This document shows positions 19,190 to 28,725 of a stretch of 64,000 bases of DNA, in pieces (within the stretch, counting starts at the first letter, position 1; each line of letters begins with the position of its first letter). The DNA comes from Candidatus Collierbacteria bacterium (GTDB taxonomy: Bacteria > Patescibacteriota > Microgenomatia > UBA1400 > MFAQ01): the NCBI GenBank assembly GCA_903884375.1, contig CAISER010000006.1:1080-65079 (forward strand), given 5' to 3'. The notes under the pieces are model-generated. The model was given only the letters and a program-made list of their open reading frames with translations, was not told where the DNA came from and made no database searches. The position numbers were made by a program, and so were the translations under genes.

Positions 19190-20431
19190 ATGAAAATGAG
19201 CAAAATGGGCGTTCGCCCAGAAAAAACGACTCCTAGAGATGCTGAAGCCATAAACCAAAAATTATTGATTCAAGCAGGGTTTATCCATCAAGAAATGGCT
19301 GGAGTATATACTTTTTTGCCTTTGGGTCTTCGAGTATTAAATAAGATTGAAAATATTGTCAGGAAACATATGGATAAGATTGGATCAGAGTTATTGATGC
19401 CATCGCTTTCTTCAAAAGAAAATTGGAATACTTCGGGAAGATTGAAAACAATAGATGTACTTTTTAAGGCTTGTGCTGCAAATGAAGTGTCTCTCGCTAA
19501 AAGTGATGCCGAGTATGTCTTGTGTCCGACGCACGAAGACGTAGTGACACCCTTAGTACAAGGTTACAACCCAAGCTATAAAGACTTTCCAATATCGGTC
19601 TACCATATTCAAACAAAATTCCGAAACGAACCTAGAGTAAAATCTGGGTTGATGCGTTGCAGAGAGTTTCGAATGAAAGATTTGTATAGCTTTCATACAG
19701 ATGAACTTGATTTAAAACGATATTATGATGAGGTAAAAAAAGTATATCAAGAAATTTTTGAAGAGATTGGAATAGGTAAAGACACAGTAATTGCTCTTGC
19801 GTCCGGAGGGGATTTTACTAAAGATTACTCCCATGAGTTTCAAACCCGATGCGAAAATGGCGAAGATACAATTTATTTGAACAAAACAACAGGAGTCGCA
19901 TATAACAAAGAAGTAAAGCCAGAGGGAGCTGATACAAGTCCTAACTTTGAAGTATTCAATGCTGCCGAAGTGGGAAATATTTTTCCATTGGGGACAAAAT
20001 TTTCAAAAGCGTTTGGTTATGAATACACCGATAAGGATGGTAATAAAAAACCGGTGATTACAGGAAGTTATGGAATTGGAACGAGTAGATTGATGGGTGT
20101 ATTAGTAGAAAAATTTCATGATGATAAAGGAATTGTTTGGCCTAAAAATGTATCGCCGTTTGGGGTTCATTTAATTGATTTACAACAAACAGATGAAGCT
20201 GAAAAAATTTATGAACTACTAACAAAGGAAGGCGTCGATGTTCTTTGGGACGATAGAGAGATGAGCGCCGGAGAAAAATTTGCAGATGCTGATTTAATTG
20301 GATGCCCGATTAGGATTCTGGTTTCTTCCAGAAGTATTCAAAATGGCGGAATAGAGGTAAAACTTAGAAACGAAACAGAAAGTAAGATTATTTCCATCGA
20401 TAGATTGATGGATTTTGTGAAGAATGTTTGA
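19190..20431 (+). CDS. proS: Proline--tRNA ligase (short form without editing domain)
   Basis: PTHED, QTKFRNEPR, REFRMKDLYSF, EVGNIF.LG, GSYGIG. Confidence 0.96.
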   Translation: MKMSKMGVRPEKTTPRDAEAINQKLLIQAGFIHQEMAGVYTFLPLGLRVLNKIENIVRKHMDKIGSELLMPSLSSKENWNTSGRLKTIDVLFKACAANEVSLAKSDAEYVLCPTHEDVVTPLVQGYNPSYKDFPISVYHIQTKFRNEPRVKSGLMRCREFRMKDLYSFHTDELDLKRYYDEVKKVYQEIFEEIGIGKDTVIALASGGDFTKDYSHEFQTRCENGEDTIYLNKTTGVAYNKEVKPEGADTSPNFEVFNAAEVGNIFPLGTKFSKAFGYEYTDKDGNKKPVITGSYGIGTSRLMGVLVEKFHDDKGIVWPKNVSPFGVHLIDLQQTDEAEKIYELLTKEGVDVLWDDREMSAGEKFADADLIGCPIRILVSSRSIQNGGIEVKLRNETESKIISIDRLMDFVKNV

Positions 20432-21098
20432 AATTTTGGGAATAAATTTTTATTTGTATGGCCTAATTGTTGGGTTGGCTGTTTTGGTGGCAATGGAAAT
20501 TTCTTTGAGGAATCGCGGAAATATGCAACAAATCACAATCGAAAAAGCAGTCTGGTGGACAGTAATTTCTGGGGTTATTGGTGGGAGAATTTACCACGTT
20601 GTTGATTTCTATGGAAGATATTACTCAAATAATTTTTATAAAATATTATATTTTTGGGAAGGGGGATTAGGAATTTGGGGAGCAATTGGAGGAGGATTAT
20701 TAGGACTTTGGATATATTGTTACTTTAATAAACTAAAGTACTGGAAAACTCTGGATATTCTAGTAATCGGTGTTCCTTTGGCACAAATGATTGGAAGATT
20801 GGGCAATTGCATAAACGGAGAATTATTGGGAAAAAATGGTGAACCTCTTTTTGTGTATGAGGGTTTTTTAAATTTAATTTTATTTGGAATTGTTTGGATG
20901 ATAGCCAAAAAAAACGCAGGGCCTGGCATAACATCAGGCGTATATTTAATCGGATATGGAGTAATCCGAATATTATTAGAAAATTTTCGGCCGAAAGAAA
21001 TAATTTGGAAAACTTATGGAGTACCTGTAGCCATTATCTTTGGTTTTTTGGCGATATCGATAGGAACTTATCTTATTTTCCGGAAAAAACAATCTTAA
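20424..21098 (+). CDS. lgt: Prolipoprotein diacylglyceryl transferase
   Basis: GGRIYHV, WEGGLGIWG, IGRLGN..NGE, YE, R...ENFR. Confidence 0.93.
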   Translation: MFEILGINFYLYGLIVGLAVLVAMEISLRNRGNMQQITIEKAVWWTVISGVIGGRIYHVVDFYGRYYSNNFYKILYFWEGGLGIWGAIGGGLLGLWIYCYFNKLKYWKTLDILVIGVPLAQMIGRLGNCINGELLGKNGEPLFVYEGFLNLILFGIVWMIAKKNAGPGITSGVYLIGYGVIRILLENFRPKEIIWKTYGVPVAIIFGFLAISIGTYLIFRKKQS

Positions 21099-23415
21099 CG
21101 ACGTCATCCATATTTTTTACAAAATGAAATTTTAAGTCCGAACTAACTTTATTAGGAAGATCGACTAGATTTTTTTCATTGTCTTTGGGAAGAATAATGT
21201 GTTTTATTCCGGCACGATGGGCAGCAATAACTTTTTCCCTGACGCCACCAATCTCTAAAGCTCGACCACGAAGAGTTACTTCTCCGGTCATGGCAAGTCC
21301 TTTGGGAACCGATTTACCAGATAGAGCTGAGATAATGGCAGTGGTGATGGCCAAACCGGCACTGGGACCGTCTTTGGGAACAGAACCTTCGGGAACATGA
21401 ATATGAATATCAGATTTGGATATTAGAGTGTCTTTTATACCAAGCTTATTACTATGTGAACGCACATAGGAATAGGCTGCTTTGGCGGACTCTTTCATGA
21501 CATCACCCAACTGACCGGTGAGTGTTATTTTTCCTTGACCTGGCATAATGGCAACTTCAATAAAGAGAATATCACCGCCCACTTTAGTGTAGGCTAGGCC
21601 GGTTACAAGACCAACCTGATCAAGATCTTCTGCGAGAGTATGGCTATAAACAACTGGACCAAGAAATTTGTTTATTTTCTCTTTAGTGATGATAATTGGA
21701 AGTTCTTTTCCGGATGCCTTTGTTTTGGCGATTTTTCTCATGATAGATGCTATTTGTCTTTCTAAATTTCTCACACCTGCTTCACGAGTATAAAAACGCA
21801 CTAAATATTTGAGTAATGTCGGGGAAAGAATAAAATCCTTTGGATCAATAGCGTTAACTTCGGCTTGTTTTTTGATGAGATATTTTTTTGCAATAAAATA
21901 CTTTTCTTCTTCGGTATAACCGGAAAATTCAATTACTTCTAAACGATCTCTTAGCGCTGGAGGGATGGTGTCTAGTACATTGGCGGTGGTTATAAATAGA
22001 ACTTGTGAAAGATCATAAGGAATATCCAAATAATGATCTTGAAAAGCGTAATTTTGTTCTGGATCAAGAGCTTCTAGAAGGGCAGAACTAGGATCACCTC
22101 TGAAATCTGCACCTATTTTATCGATTTCATCCAACATAAATACAGGATTGCTAACACTACTATCTTTGATTGACTGAATTATCCTTCCAGGCATTGCGCC
22201 AACATATGTACGTCTATGTCCGCGAATTTCTGCCTCGTCTTTCAAGCCACCAAGAGACATTTTGACAAATTTTCTGCCGATGGCTTTGGCAATCGAACGA
22301 CCTACCGATGTCTTTCCAACTCCTGGAGGACCTACAAAACAAAGAATGGTGGGTGGATTTACAGCATGATTTTTAGTTTTTTTGACTTGATCATTTTTGA
22401 GTTTTAAAACGGCTATGTACTCAAGAATTCTTTCTTTAACTTTCTCTAATCCATAGTGGTCCTGATCTAAGATTTTTTCGGCTTTGGAAAGAGAGTAGCT
22501 ACTTTTGGTGTACTCTCCCCAGGGAAGCTCTAATACTGTTTCAATCCAGGTTCGAAGATAAGACGTTTCTGGATTGTGTATTGATAGTTTTTTTAGTCTG
22601 TCTAACTCTTTATTGACCTTAGTGAATATTTCTTTGGGAAGATTGGTTTTTTTAAGTTTGGTTTTTAACTCAACAATTTCCTCTTCTTCTCCTCCCTCTC
22701 CAAGCTCTTTTTGAATTGCCCTCATTCTTTCTCGAAGGACAGCTTCTTTCATACTATCATCGAAACGTTTTTGAGTTTTGTTTTCAATTTTCTTTTCTAA
22801 CTCAAGTATTTTTATTTCTTCAGTAAGATGGTCGGTAATAAATGTAAGTCTTTTTTCAAGCGAACTGTTTTCAAGTAACCTTTGTTTTTCATCATTTTTG
22901 ACGTCGAGAATTGAGGATATTTGGAAAGATACCAGTAGAGGATCTGCACTACTGAGAATTTTCGCGAGAACCCCTGGCTCAATATTTGCTTTGCCGAGTT
23001 CGGAAGCTCTTTTGATTAAGGCAATAGCACGATTTGAAAGTGCGGAAATTTCCGAGGTAATAACTGTGTCCTCCGGGTATTCTGAAACAAGTGTCCAGAT
23101 TAAACCATCTTTTTCTTCAATTTTCTCGATCTTTACTCTAAATAAACCTTTAACAATTGCGTGGAGTTCTTCATTGACAGGAAGTGTTTTTTCTATACGG
23201 CATACTGTTCCAATCAGATAGTAATCGTCAAGGCTGGTCGCGGTGGTTTTGGCATCTTTTTGGGACACAAAACAGACTTCCTCATTATTGGTATAAGCAT
23301 TGTTGATACCAGCGATAGAGATTGGTTTCCCAAAGGTTAAAACGGCTTCCGTTTCCGGAAAAATTACTCCTTCTTTTAACCCAATAAAGGGGATTAATTT
23401 TTGATGAATAGGCAT
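21073..23415 (-). CDS. lon: Lon protease
   Basis: GPPGVGKTS, RRTYVGAMPG, PKDGPSAG catalytic Ser, IGGVREK. Confidence 0.98.
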   Translation of the reverse strand: MPIHQKLIPFIGLKEGVIFPETEAVLTFGKPISIAGINNAYTNNEEVCFVSQKDAKTTATSLDDYYLIGTVCRIEKTLPVNEELHAIVKGLFRVKIEKIEEKDGLIWTLVSEYPEDTVITSEISALSNRAIALIKRASELGKANIEPGVLAKILSSADPLLVSFQISSILDVKNDEKQRLLENSSLEKRLTFITDHLTEEIKILELEKKIENKTQKRFDDSMKEAVLRERMRAIQKELGEGGEEEEIVELKTKLKKTNLPKEIFTKVNKELDRLKKLSIHNPETSYLRTWIETVLELPWGEYTKSSYSLSKAEKILDQDHYGLEKVKERILEYIAVLKLKNDQVKKTKNHAVNPPTILCFVGPPGVGKTSVGRSIAKAIGRKFVKMSLGGLKDEAEIRGHRRTYVGAMPGRIIQSIKDSSVSNPVFMLDEIDKIGADFRGDPSSALLEALDPEQNYAFQDHYLDIPYDLSQVLFITTANVLDTIPPALRDRLEVIEFSGYTEEEKYFIAKKYLIKKQAEVNAIDPKDFILSPTLLKYLVRFYTREAGVRNLERQIASIMRKIAKTKASGKELPIIITKEKINKFLGPVVYSHTLAEDLDQVGLVTGLAYTKVGGDILFIEVAIMPGQGKITLTGQLGDVMKESAKAAYSYVRSHSNKLGIKDTLISKSDIHIHVPEGSVPKDGPSAGLAITTAIISALSGKSVPKGLAMTGEVTLRGRALEIGGVREKVIAAHRAGIKHIILPKDNEKNLVDLPNKVSSDLKFHFVKNMDDVVKIVFSGK

Positions 23416-23565
23416 AGTTTTCAGATTTTAGCAGGAAACACAATAAATTGCTAATTTTATTGATTGAAAAATCTCAAACCGAGAAGAATGGTGGCAAAAA
23501 TTGCCATAAAAGTAACTAAAAAGAAAAAGGTAAAAGAAAAATTCTTATTGGTGTTAGTGGACATT

Positions 23566-24027
23566 TTAAAGTTTTCGATATATTTTTATACTTTTTTCAT
23601 CTGTCCAAAGATGATTATCCCCTACTTTAGCATAGGCACGAAAATAGACCATCCCTGGTTTGTCAAAATTAATGTTTAGATCAAAAGTGTCGGGAAGTTG
23701 ATATTTACCCTGGGAATAATCATCTTGATGAAACTCATAACCAACTGCTTGAGGTGAATCTTTTTTAGTAAGGGCGCTGGGTGAGGCGTTGTAGCTCCAG
23801 TAAATTGTTGTTTGGGGAGTGGATAAATCAGGAGAACTATCAACGTTCCAAATAAAAGTACCGGTTTGACCAGATACAACTTCTTCAGGATATGATTGTA
23901 AATATATTCCAAGAGGCGCAGGTTTGGTTTCTTTAATTTTTTTCTGAGCAAGAAGATAATTGTAACCAACAAGTAAACAAAATATTATGATTCCTAGAAA
24001 GAGAGAAAAAAATAATTTTTTGTTCAT
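23566..24027 (-). CDS. Hypothetical membrane-anchored protein with beta-rich (Ig-like) domain
   Basis: N-terminal TM; YFRAYAKV C-terminal strand; overlaps the dtd stop. Confidence 0.7.
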   Translation of the reverse strand: MNKKLFFSLFLGIIIFCLLVGYNYLLAQKKIKETKPAPLGIYLQSYPEEVVSGQTGTFIWNVDSSPDLSTPQTTIYWSYNASPSALTKKDSPQAVGYEFHQDDYSQGKYQLPDTFDLNINFDKPGMVYFRAYAKVGDNHLWTDEKSIKIYRKL

Positions 24028-24476
24028 ATTTTTTCTGAATCAAGAATAATGGTAATTGGGCCATTTAAATCAACTTGAATTTCCATGTGTTCTCCAAAAA
24101 ATCCTTTGTTGATTTTGATACCAGCTTCAGTTAGTTTATCAGCAAATCGTTCATAGAGTTTGGTAGCCAATTCTTTACCAGCTGCTTGACCAAAATCTGG
24201 ACGATTATTGCCTTTTAAATTTCCCAGGAGAGTGAATTGGGAAATGAGAAGAATTTCTCCTGAAATTGAATGAATATTTAAGTTTATTTTTTCATTTTCG
24301 TCCGGAAATATTCTAAGACTTAAAAGCTTTTTAACCAATTTATCTACCTCTTGTTCTGTATCTTTCTTGGAAATTCCCAGTAAAACAAGCATTCCTTTTT
24401 TTATACCTCTTTGAGACTCAATTTGACCATACTTACTAACGATGGCTCTATCAACAATCTGAGTTACAGCTATCAT
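24024..24476 (-). CDS. dtd: D-aminoacyl-tRNA deacylase
   Basis: LRIF.DENEKIN, SQFTL, GN.RPDF, FGEHM, NGPIT. Confidence 0.95.
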   Translation of the reverse strand: MIAVTQIVDRAIVSKYGQIESQRGIKKGMLVLLGISKKDTEQEVDKLVKKLLSLRIFPDENEKINLNIHSISGEILLISQFTLLGNLKGNNRPDFGQAAGKELATKLYERFADKLTEAGIKINKGFFGEHMEIQVDLNGPITIILDSEKI

Positions 24477-24491
24477 AATAATTGATTATAA

Positions 24492-25388
24492 TTGCTTGTG
24501 AGAATAATGCGATGGAGACCTCTATTTTTTTTGGTTTTGGGACTAATTTGCTTGGGTTGTTTTTTTGTATTCAAAGAATACAAAATATTTATCGGAAAGA
24601 AGTTTTCTGCCAAAACACAAATTGTTTCGCCAACAGCGACGGACTCAATAACGCCAACAGCTTCTCCGTCGGCCACACCAACACCAAAACCATTGACGTT
24701 TGCCGAGATGAATAAACTGTATGGACCTTGTGTATCACTTCCAGTATTGATGTATCACCATGTAGAACTGCCGGAAAACGCGGCAACATTTAAGCGAACA
24801 TATTTAAATGTTCCGCCGGAAACTTTTAAAAAACAAATGGAATACTTGAATAGTAAAGGATATTCCAGTGTTACACCTTTTGATTTAGTAAATTATTTTG
24901 ACAATGGGGTAAAACTTCCAAGTAAGCCGGTGATGATTACTTTTGATGATGGTTATGTGGATATTGGTGATTTAGCCTTTCCGATTATGAGAGAGCTAGG
25001 AATCAAGGGAACTGTGTTTATTCCAACTGGCTTAATGGAAAATATTGATTATCTAACTTGGGCAAAGATTGACGATATGAAAGCGTCGGGGTTAATTAAT
25101 TTTGGAAATCATACTTGGTCACACAAAAATGTGGGTGGAACAACTAGTGTGGTGGAAAATGAAATTACTATAGCAGATACTCAACTATCGGATAGAGGAT
25201 TAAATAATCCAAAAATTTTTGCCTATCCTTTTGGATTGGAGACAAAACAAGGAATAATAATTCTTAAAAAAATGGGGTATCAGTTGGCATTTACTACCGT
25301 ATATGGAAGAACTCAGTGTGAGAAAAAAAGATTTGATTTGCCGAGAATAAGAATCGGAAATGCTTCTCTATCCAGTTATGGTTTGTAA
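24492..25388 (+). CDS. Polysaccharide deacetylase (CE4/NodB), membrane anchored; start may be 24498 or 24507
   Basis: PVLMYHH, ITFDDGY, NHTWSH, FAYPFG, LPRIRI. Confidence 0.92.
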   Translation: MLVRIMRWRPLFFLVLGLICLGCFFVFKEYKIFIGKKFSAKTQIVSPTATDSITPTASPSATPTPKPLTFAEMNKLYGPCVSLPVLMYHHVELPENAATFKRTYLNVPPETFKKQMEYLNSKGYSSVTPFDLVNYFDNGVKLPSKPVMITFDDGYVDIGDLAFPIMRELGIKGTVFIPTGLMENIDYLTWAKIDDMKASGLINFGNHTWSHKNVGGTTSVVENEITIADTQLSDRGLNNPKIFAYPFGLETKQGIIILKKMGYQLAFTTVYGRTQCEKKRFDLPRIRIGNASLSSYGL

Positions 25389-26122
25389 TTAAGTTTTTTC
25401 TTGTTGATATATTTTTTGCCTGTTTCTAGTTTTGATTTCACTTCACGGATGGCAATTTTTGGTAGTTGATCAAGATTGTCTTGAAGATAATTAGCAACTG
25501 TTTCTTTGTGAAATTTGATCATGGCACGAAGAACCCACGACACTGCTTTGGTGATAAGGATATCCTTTTCGGATTTAAGCAACTCGAGGTTATGAAGAGC
25601 CACTTTAATTAGACGTGGATCATTTGACTGACGGAAAGATTTGGTAAGCAGCACAAGACTGGCTCTTTTCACTTGGACATTATGATCCTTGGCAAATAGT
25701 TTGAGTGTTTCTTCCCAAATTGACCAAGTATTTAATAAATCATCTGAATCAAAAGCCATCTGACAAAGAACATCACATTCCGCCCAACCATGAGTATTGG
25801 ATATCCAGTAGTGAAGTTTTTGGGGAGCTAGTTTTTGACGAAATTCTTTGACGCGACCAATGATAAAGGCGGCAATAAGCACTTCGTCGTATGTTTTCCC
25901 ATAATATAGATCGTCTAACAGATTGATGTATTCCTCATGAGAAAGAGAGTGAGATTGAACAAAATCTTTGGCGATATCTCGCATGGTTTTGGTATTTAGA
26001 TGATATGAGGGTTTTTGAGTACCTACATATTTCAATCCATAACCTTCAAAGTTTGGTCTATCATTCGTGGAATGATTCTTAATCAATCTTAAGATTTCAG
26101 AGTGATTTTTGTTATTTTTCAT
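25376..26122 (-). CDS. DNA alkylation repair protein (AlkD-like HEAT-repeat glycosylase)
   Basis: GWAECD, KRASLV, ITKAVSWVLR, AIREV motifs. Confidence 0.85.
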   Translation of the reverse strand: MKNNKNHSEILRLIKNHSTNDRPNFEGYGLKYVGTQKPSYHLNTKTMRDIAKDFVQSHSLSHEEYINLLDDLYYGKTYDEVLIAAFIIGRVKEFRQKLAPQKLHYWISNTHGWAECDVLCQMAFDSDDLLNTWSIWEETLKLFAKDHNVQVKRASLVLLTKSFRQSNDPRLIKVALHNLELLKSEKDILITKAVSWVLRAMIKFHKETVANYLQDNLDQLPKIAIREVKSKLETGKKYINKKKLNYKP

Positions 26123-26182
26123 AAATTAGACGATATCCGAAGTATTAGAATATATTAGATAATGTTAGAAAATATTGGATTA

Positions 26183-27337
26183 TTATTTAAAGTATTTTTT
26201 ATTTTTTAGTTGGTCGGGTAGTAAACTTTGTTTGGAATACATTTCGTAGTCTTTGCCGTAACCTAGGGATTTCATCAGTTTGGTTGGAGCATTTCTTAAG
26301 TTTAAAGGAATGGGTAAATTACCAAACTGAGCAACGTCTGATTGAGCCGCACGGAGACCGTCGTAGGCTGAACGATTTTTGGAAGCTTTGCAAAGATAAA
26401 CAACACCGTGAGCGAGATTAATGGCACACTCCGGATAACCAATAATCTCACAAGCTCTGAATACATCGTTGGCTACAACTAATGCTGTTGGCTGAGCAAT
26501 ACCAACATCTTCACTGGCAAAAATTACCATACGACGAGCAATAAATAAAGAGTCCTCTCCCGAATCAACCAGACGAGCAAGATAATAAAGAGCTGCATCT
26601 GCGTTACTGGCTCTCATGGACTTGATGAAGGCGGAGATGGTGTTGTAATGCTCTTCACCTTGTTTATCAAATCGCAAAAATCTTGATTGAAGGGCAGTTT
26701 TGAAATTTTCGATGGATAATTTTCCATAAAGAGAAGCTGTTTGCTCTATTAGACCGATGGCTTGACGAGCATCACCGTTGGCAAAAATTCCCAACCATTC
26801 CTTACTTTCCTTATTAATCTTTAATTTGAGAACTTTTACCGCGCGATCAATAATTTTTTCAATTTCCCTAGATGATAGTTCCTTTAAAACGAAAACTCTA
26901 AGGCGGGAAAGAAGGGGAGCAATAATTTCGAAGCTGGGGTTTTCGGTGGTAGCTCCAATAAGAGTTAGTTTTCCTTTTTCCACAAATGGAAGGAGGTAGT
27001 CTTGCTGACCTTTATTGAAACGGTGAATCTCATCAAGGAAAAGAACAACAGGCTTGGTAGTGTTTTCGGTGTTTTTTAATATTGAACGAATGTCATCTTT
27101 TCCGGCGGATACTGCAGAAAGTTCATAAAAATCCGCTTCAATGGCATCAGAATAAATACGGGCAATGGTGGTTTTTCCGGTACCGGGAGGACCCCAGAGT
27201 ACAAAAGAAAAAATGTGTTTGTTTTTTATGGCCTGTCTAATTGGTTTGCCTTCCCCTACTAAATGTTCTTGACCAATAAATTCGGATAACTTTTTTGGGC
27301 GGATTTGAGAGGCTAAGGGCTCGATTAAGTTGGACAT
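26183..27337 (-). CDS. rarA: Replication-associated recombination protein A (MgsA/RarA)
   Basis: PLA..IRP, GPPGTGKTT, DEIHRFNK.QQD, GATTENPSF, ISAFIKSMR, ASEDVG. Confidence 0.96.
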   Translation of the reverse strand: MSNLIEPLASQIRPKKLSEFIGQEHLVGEGKPIRQAIKNKHIFSFVLWGPPGTGKTTIARIYSDAIEADFYELSAVSAGKDDIRSILKNTENTTKPVVLFLDEIHRFNKGQQDYLLPFVEKGKLTLIGATTENPSFEIIAPLLSRLRVFVLKELSSREIEKIIDRAVKVLKLKINKESKEWLGIFANGDARQAIGLIEQTASLYGKLSIENFKTALQSRFLRFDKQGEEHYNTISAFIKSMRASNADAALYYLARLVDSGEDSLFIARRMVIFASEDVGIAQPTALVVANDVFRACEIIGYPECAINLAHGVVYLCKASKNRSAYDGLRAAQSDVAQFGNLPIPLNLRNAPTKLMKSLGYGKDYEMYSKQSLLPDQLKNKKYFK

Positions 27338-27363
27338 ATTCGGTATTTATTTGGGTATACTCT

Positions 27364-27392
27364 AGTGTAAAAGAGACAAATTTGATTGTCAA
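27364..27392 (-). promoter_or_regulatory. Sigma70-type promoter of rarA (TTGACA-17-TACACT)
   Basis: Consensus -35, 17-bp spacer, -10 about 26 nt upstream of the ATG. Confidence 0.7.
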
Positions 27393-27501
27393 CAAGAAAT
27401 TTGTGAGCGAACTTTTGATAAAACATAATTCTTCGTTTTATGACTATTTTAGCTTTGAAGAAGAAGCGTGGGTGGTAAAATATAGCCTGTACGTTGTTTA
27501 T

Positions 27502-27576
27502 TGCCGGATCGTCTAATGGTAGGACGCCACCCTCTGGAGGTGGTTATTCTAGGTTCGAGTCCTAGTCCGGCAACCA
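27502..27576 (+). tRNA. tRNA-Gln (anticodon CTG), CCA encoded
   Basis: Acceptor TGCCGGA/TCCGGCA, anticodon arm CCACC-CTCTGGA-GGTGG, T arm CTAGG-TTCGAGT-CCTAG; extended -10 TGGTAAAAT at 27473-27481. Confidence 0.96.
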
Positions 27577-27689
27577 AGTTGGACGCTATCAGACCGTGAT
27601 GCCTAAAATCGGTTGATGCGTCCCACAAAAGCCCATTTTGTTTTTGGAAGTCTCGGACCGTACGCTCGTTGTCCAGCTATTTCTTTATT
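27568..27689 (+). repeat. 122-bp direct repeat, copy 1 (tRNA-Gln 3' end + structured arm + recombinase 3' codons)
   Basis: Ungapped match to 34714-34835 with 7 mismatches (offset 7146 bp). Confidence 0.95.
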
Positions 27690-28725
27690 ATTGAAGTAAA
27701 TATGTATCGGCGATATTTTCTGTGACTTTCCCGAGTACTGTCTTCACAAATTCTACCTTGGCATTATTAGTGGAGACTGTGACTCTCAAATATCCAGAGC
27801 CACCAATTATATTGCCGCTTGTATATCCATATTCACCTTTTGTGTTAACTATATCGCCTGGGTGACTCGGTTGAGGAAGAGTTTGATAAACGACACCATC
27901 TAATTCTTGTTTGGCATAGAAATGATCATGACCTTTGAATACTGCATTTACTTTGTTATCGACTAATAACTGATGGATTGGTTTTGACCAGCCTGATCTG
28001 TTGATTGTAAATCCATAACTACCATCGAGATTATTACCACCCCATTCATATAGTTTGGCAAATTCGACTCCACCTCTACCCTGGCTATCCCCACCAACAA
28101 GTTGATGAATAAATACAAATTTATATTTACTATTACTTTTTTCTAATGTGTTTTTGAGCCAATCATATTGTGTCTTTCCCAGCGTCCATTTCCATCCATA
28201 TGTGCCAGGCTTAGTGGTAGTGAAACTATATGGATCAAGAATGATAAATAAGGCATCGCTTTTGGTAAATGAATAATAATTTTTGTCAAACTGGCTTGGA
28301 AAATACTGGAGGCGTTGGGAGCGATTATTTGTTTCCCAACCGGCCTCGCCATCATGATTGCCACTTGCTAGATACAGGGGAATTGATGAACCCAATAGAT
28401 CGAAATATTTTTTCATTAGTTGATAACGATTAGCAAAGCTTGTACTATTTTTGGCTGGCTGTTTGTCGAGCATAAACGTATCACCAAGATCAATGAGAAA
28501 CGCTGGCTTGTCAGCGACTATGTTTTTCAATGTTTGGGAATAAACTGCCTCACTTGATTGCTCATCCATGTGGGGGTCAGCTTCAATGGCAAAACTAAAA
28601 GATTCTCCAGAACTAGCAGTTCGTAAACTATTGGGTATTTCGATAATATTTTTACTAAATACCCAAAATAATGAAATTCCGAGAATACCAAGAATTATTA
28701 ATAGAATGGTTTTATTTGACTTCAT
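27688..28725 (-). CDS. Exported calcineurin-like metallophosphoesterase (paralog 1)
   Basis: ADPH, DLGD, GNHD, FIH, GHDH motifs; N-terminal TM. Confidence 0.88.
   Translation of the reverse strand: MKSNKTILLIILGILGISLFWVFSKNIIEIPNSLRTASSGESFSFAIEADPHMDEQSSEAVYSQTLKNIVADKPAFLIDLGDTFMLDKQPAKNSTSFANRYQLMKKYFDLLGSSIPLYLASGNHDGEAGWETNNRSQRLQYFPSQFDKNYYSFTKSDALFIILDPYSFTTTKPGTYGWKWTLGKTQYDWLKNTLEKSNSKYKFVFIHQLVGGDSQGRGGVEFAKLYEWGGNNLDGSYGFTINRSGWSKPIHQLLVDNKVNAVFKGHDHFYAKQELDGVVYQTLPQPSHPGDIVNTKGEYGYTSGNIIGGSGYLRVTVSTNNAKVEFVKTVLGKVTENIADTYLLQ

Noticed and set aside
27295-27516. 73-aa ORF
   Set aside because: Spans the divergent rarA and tRNA-Gln promoters and runs into the tRNA
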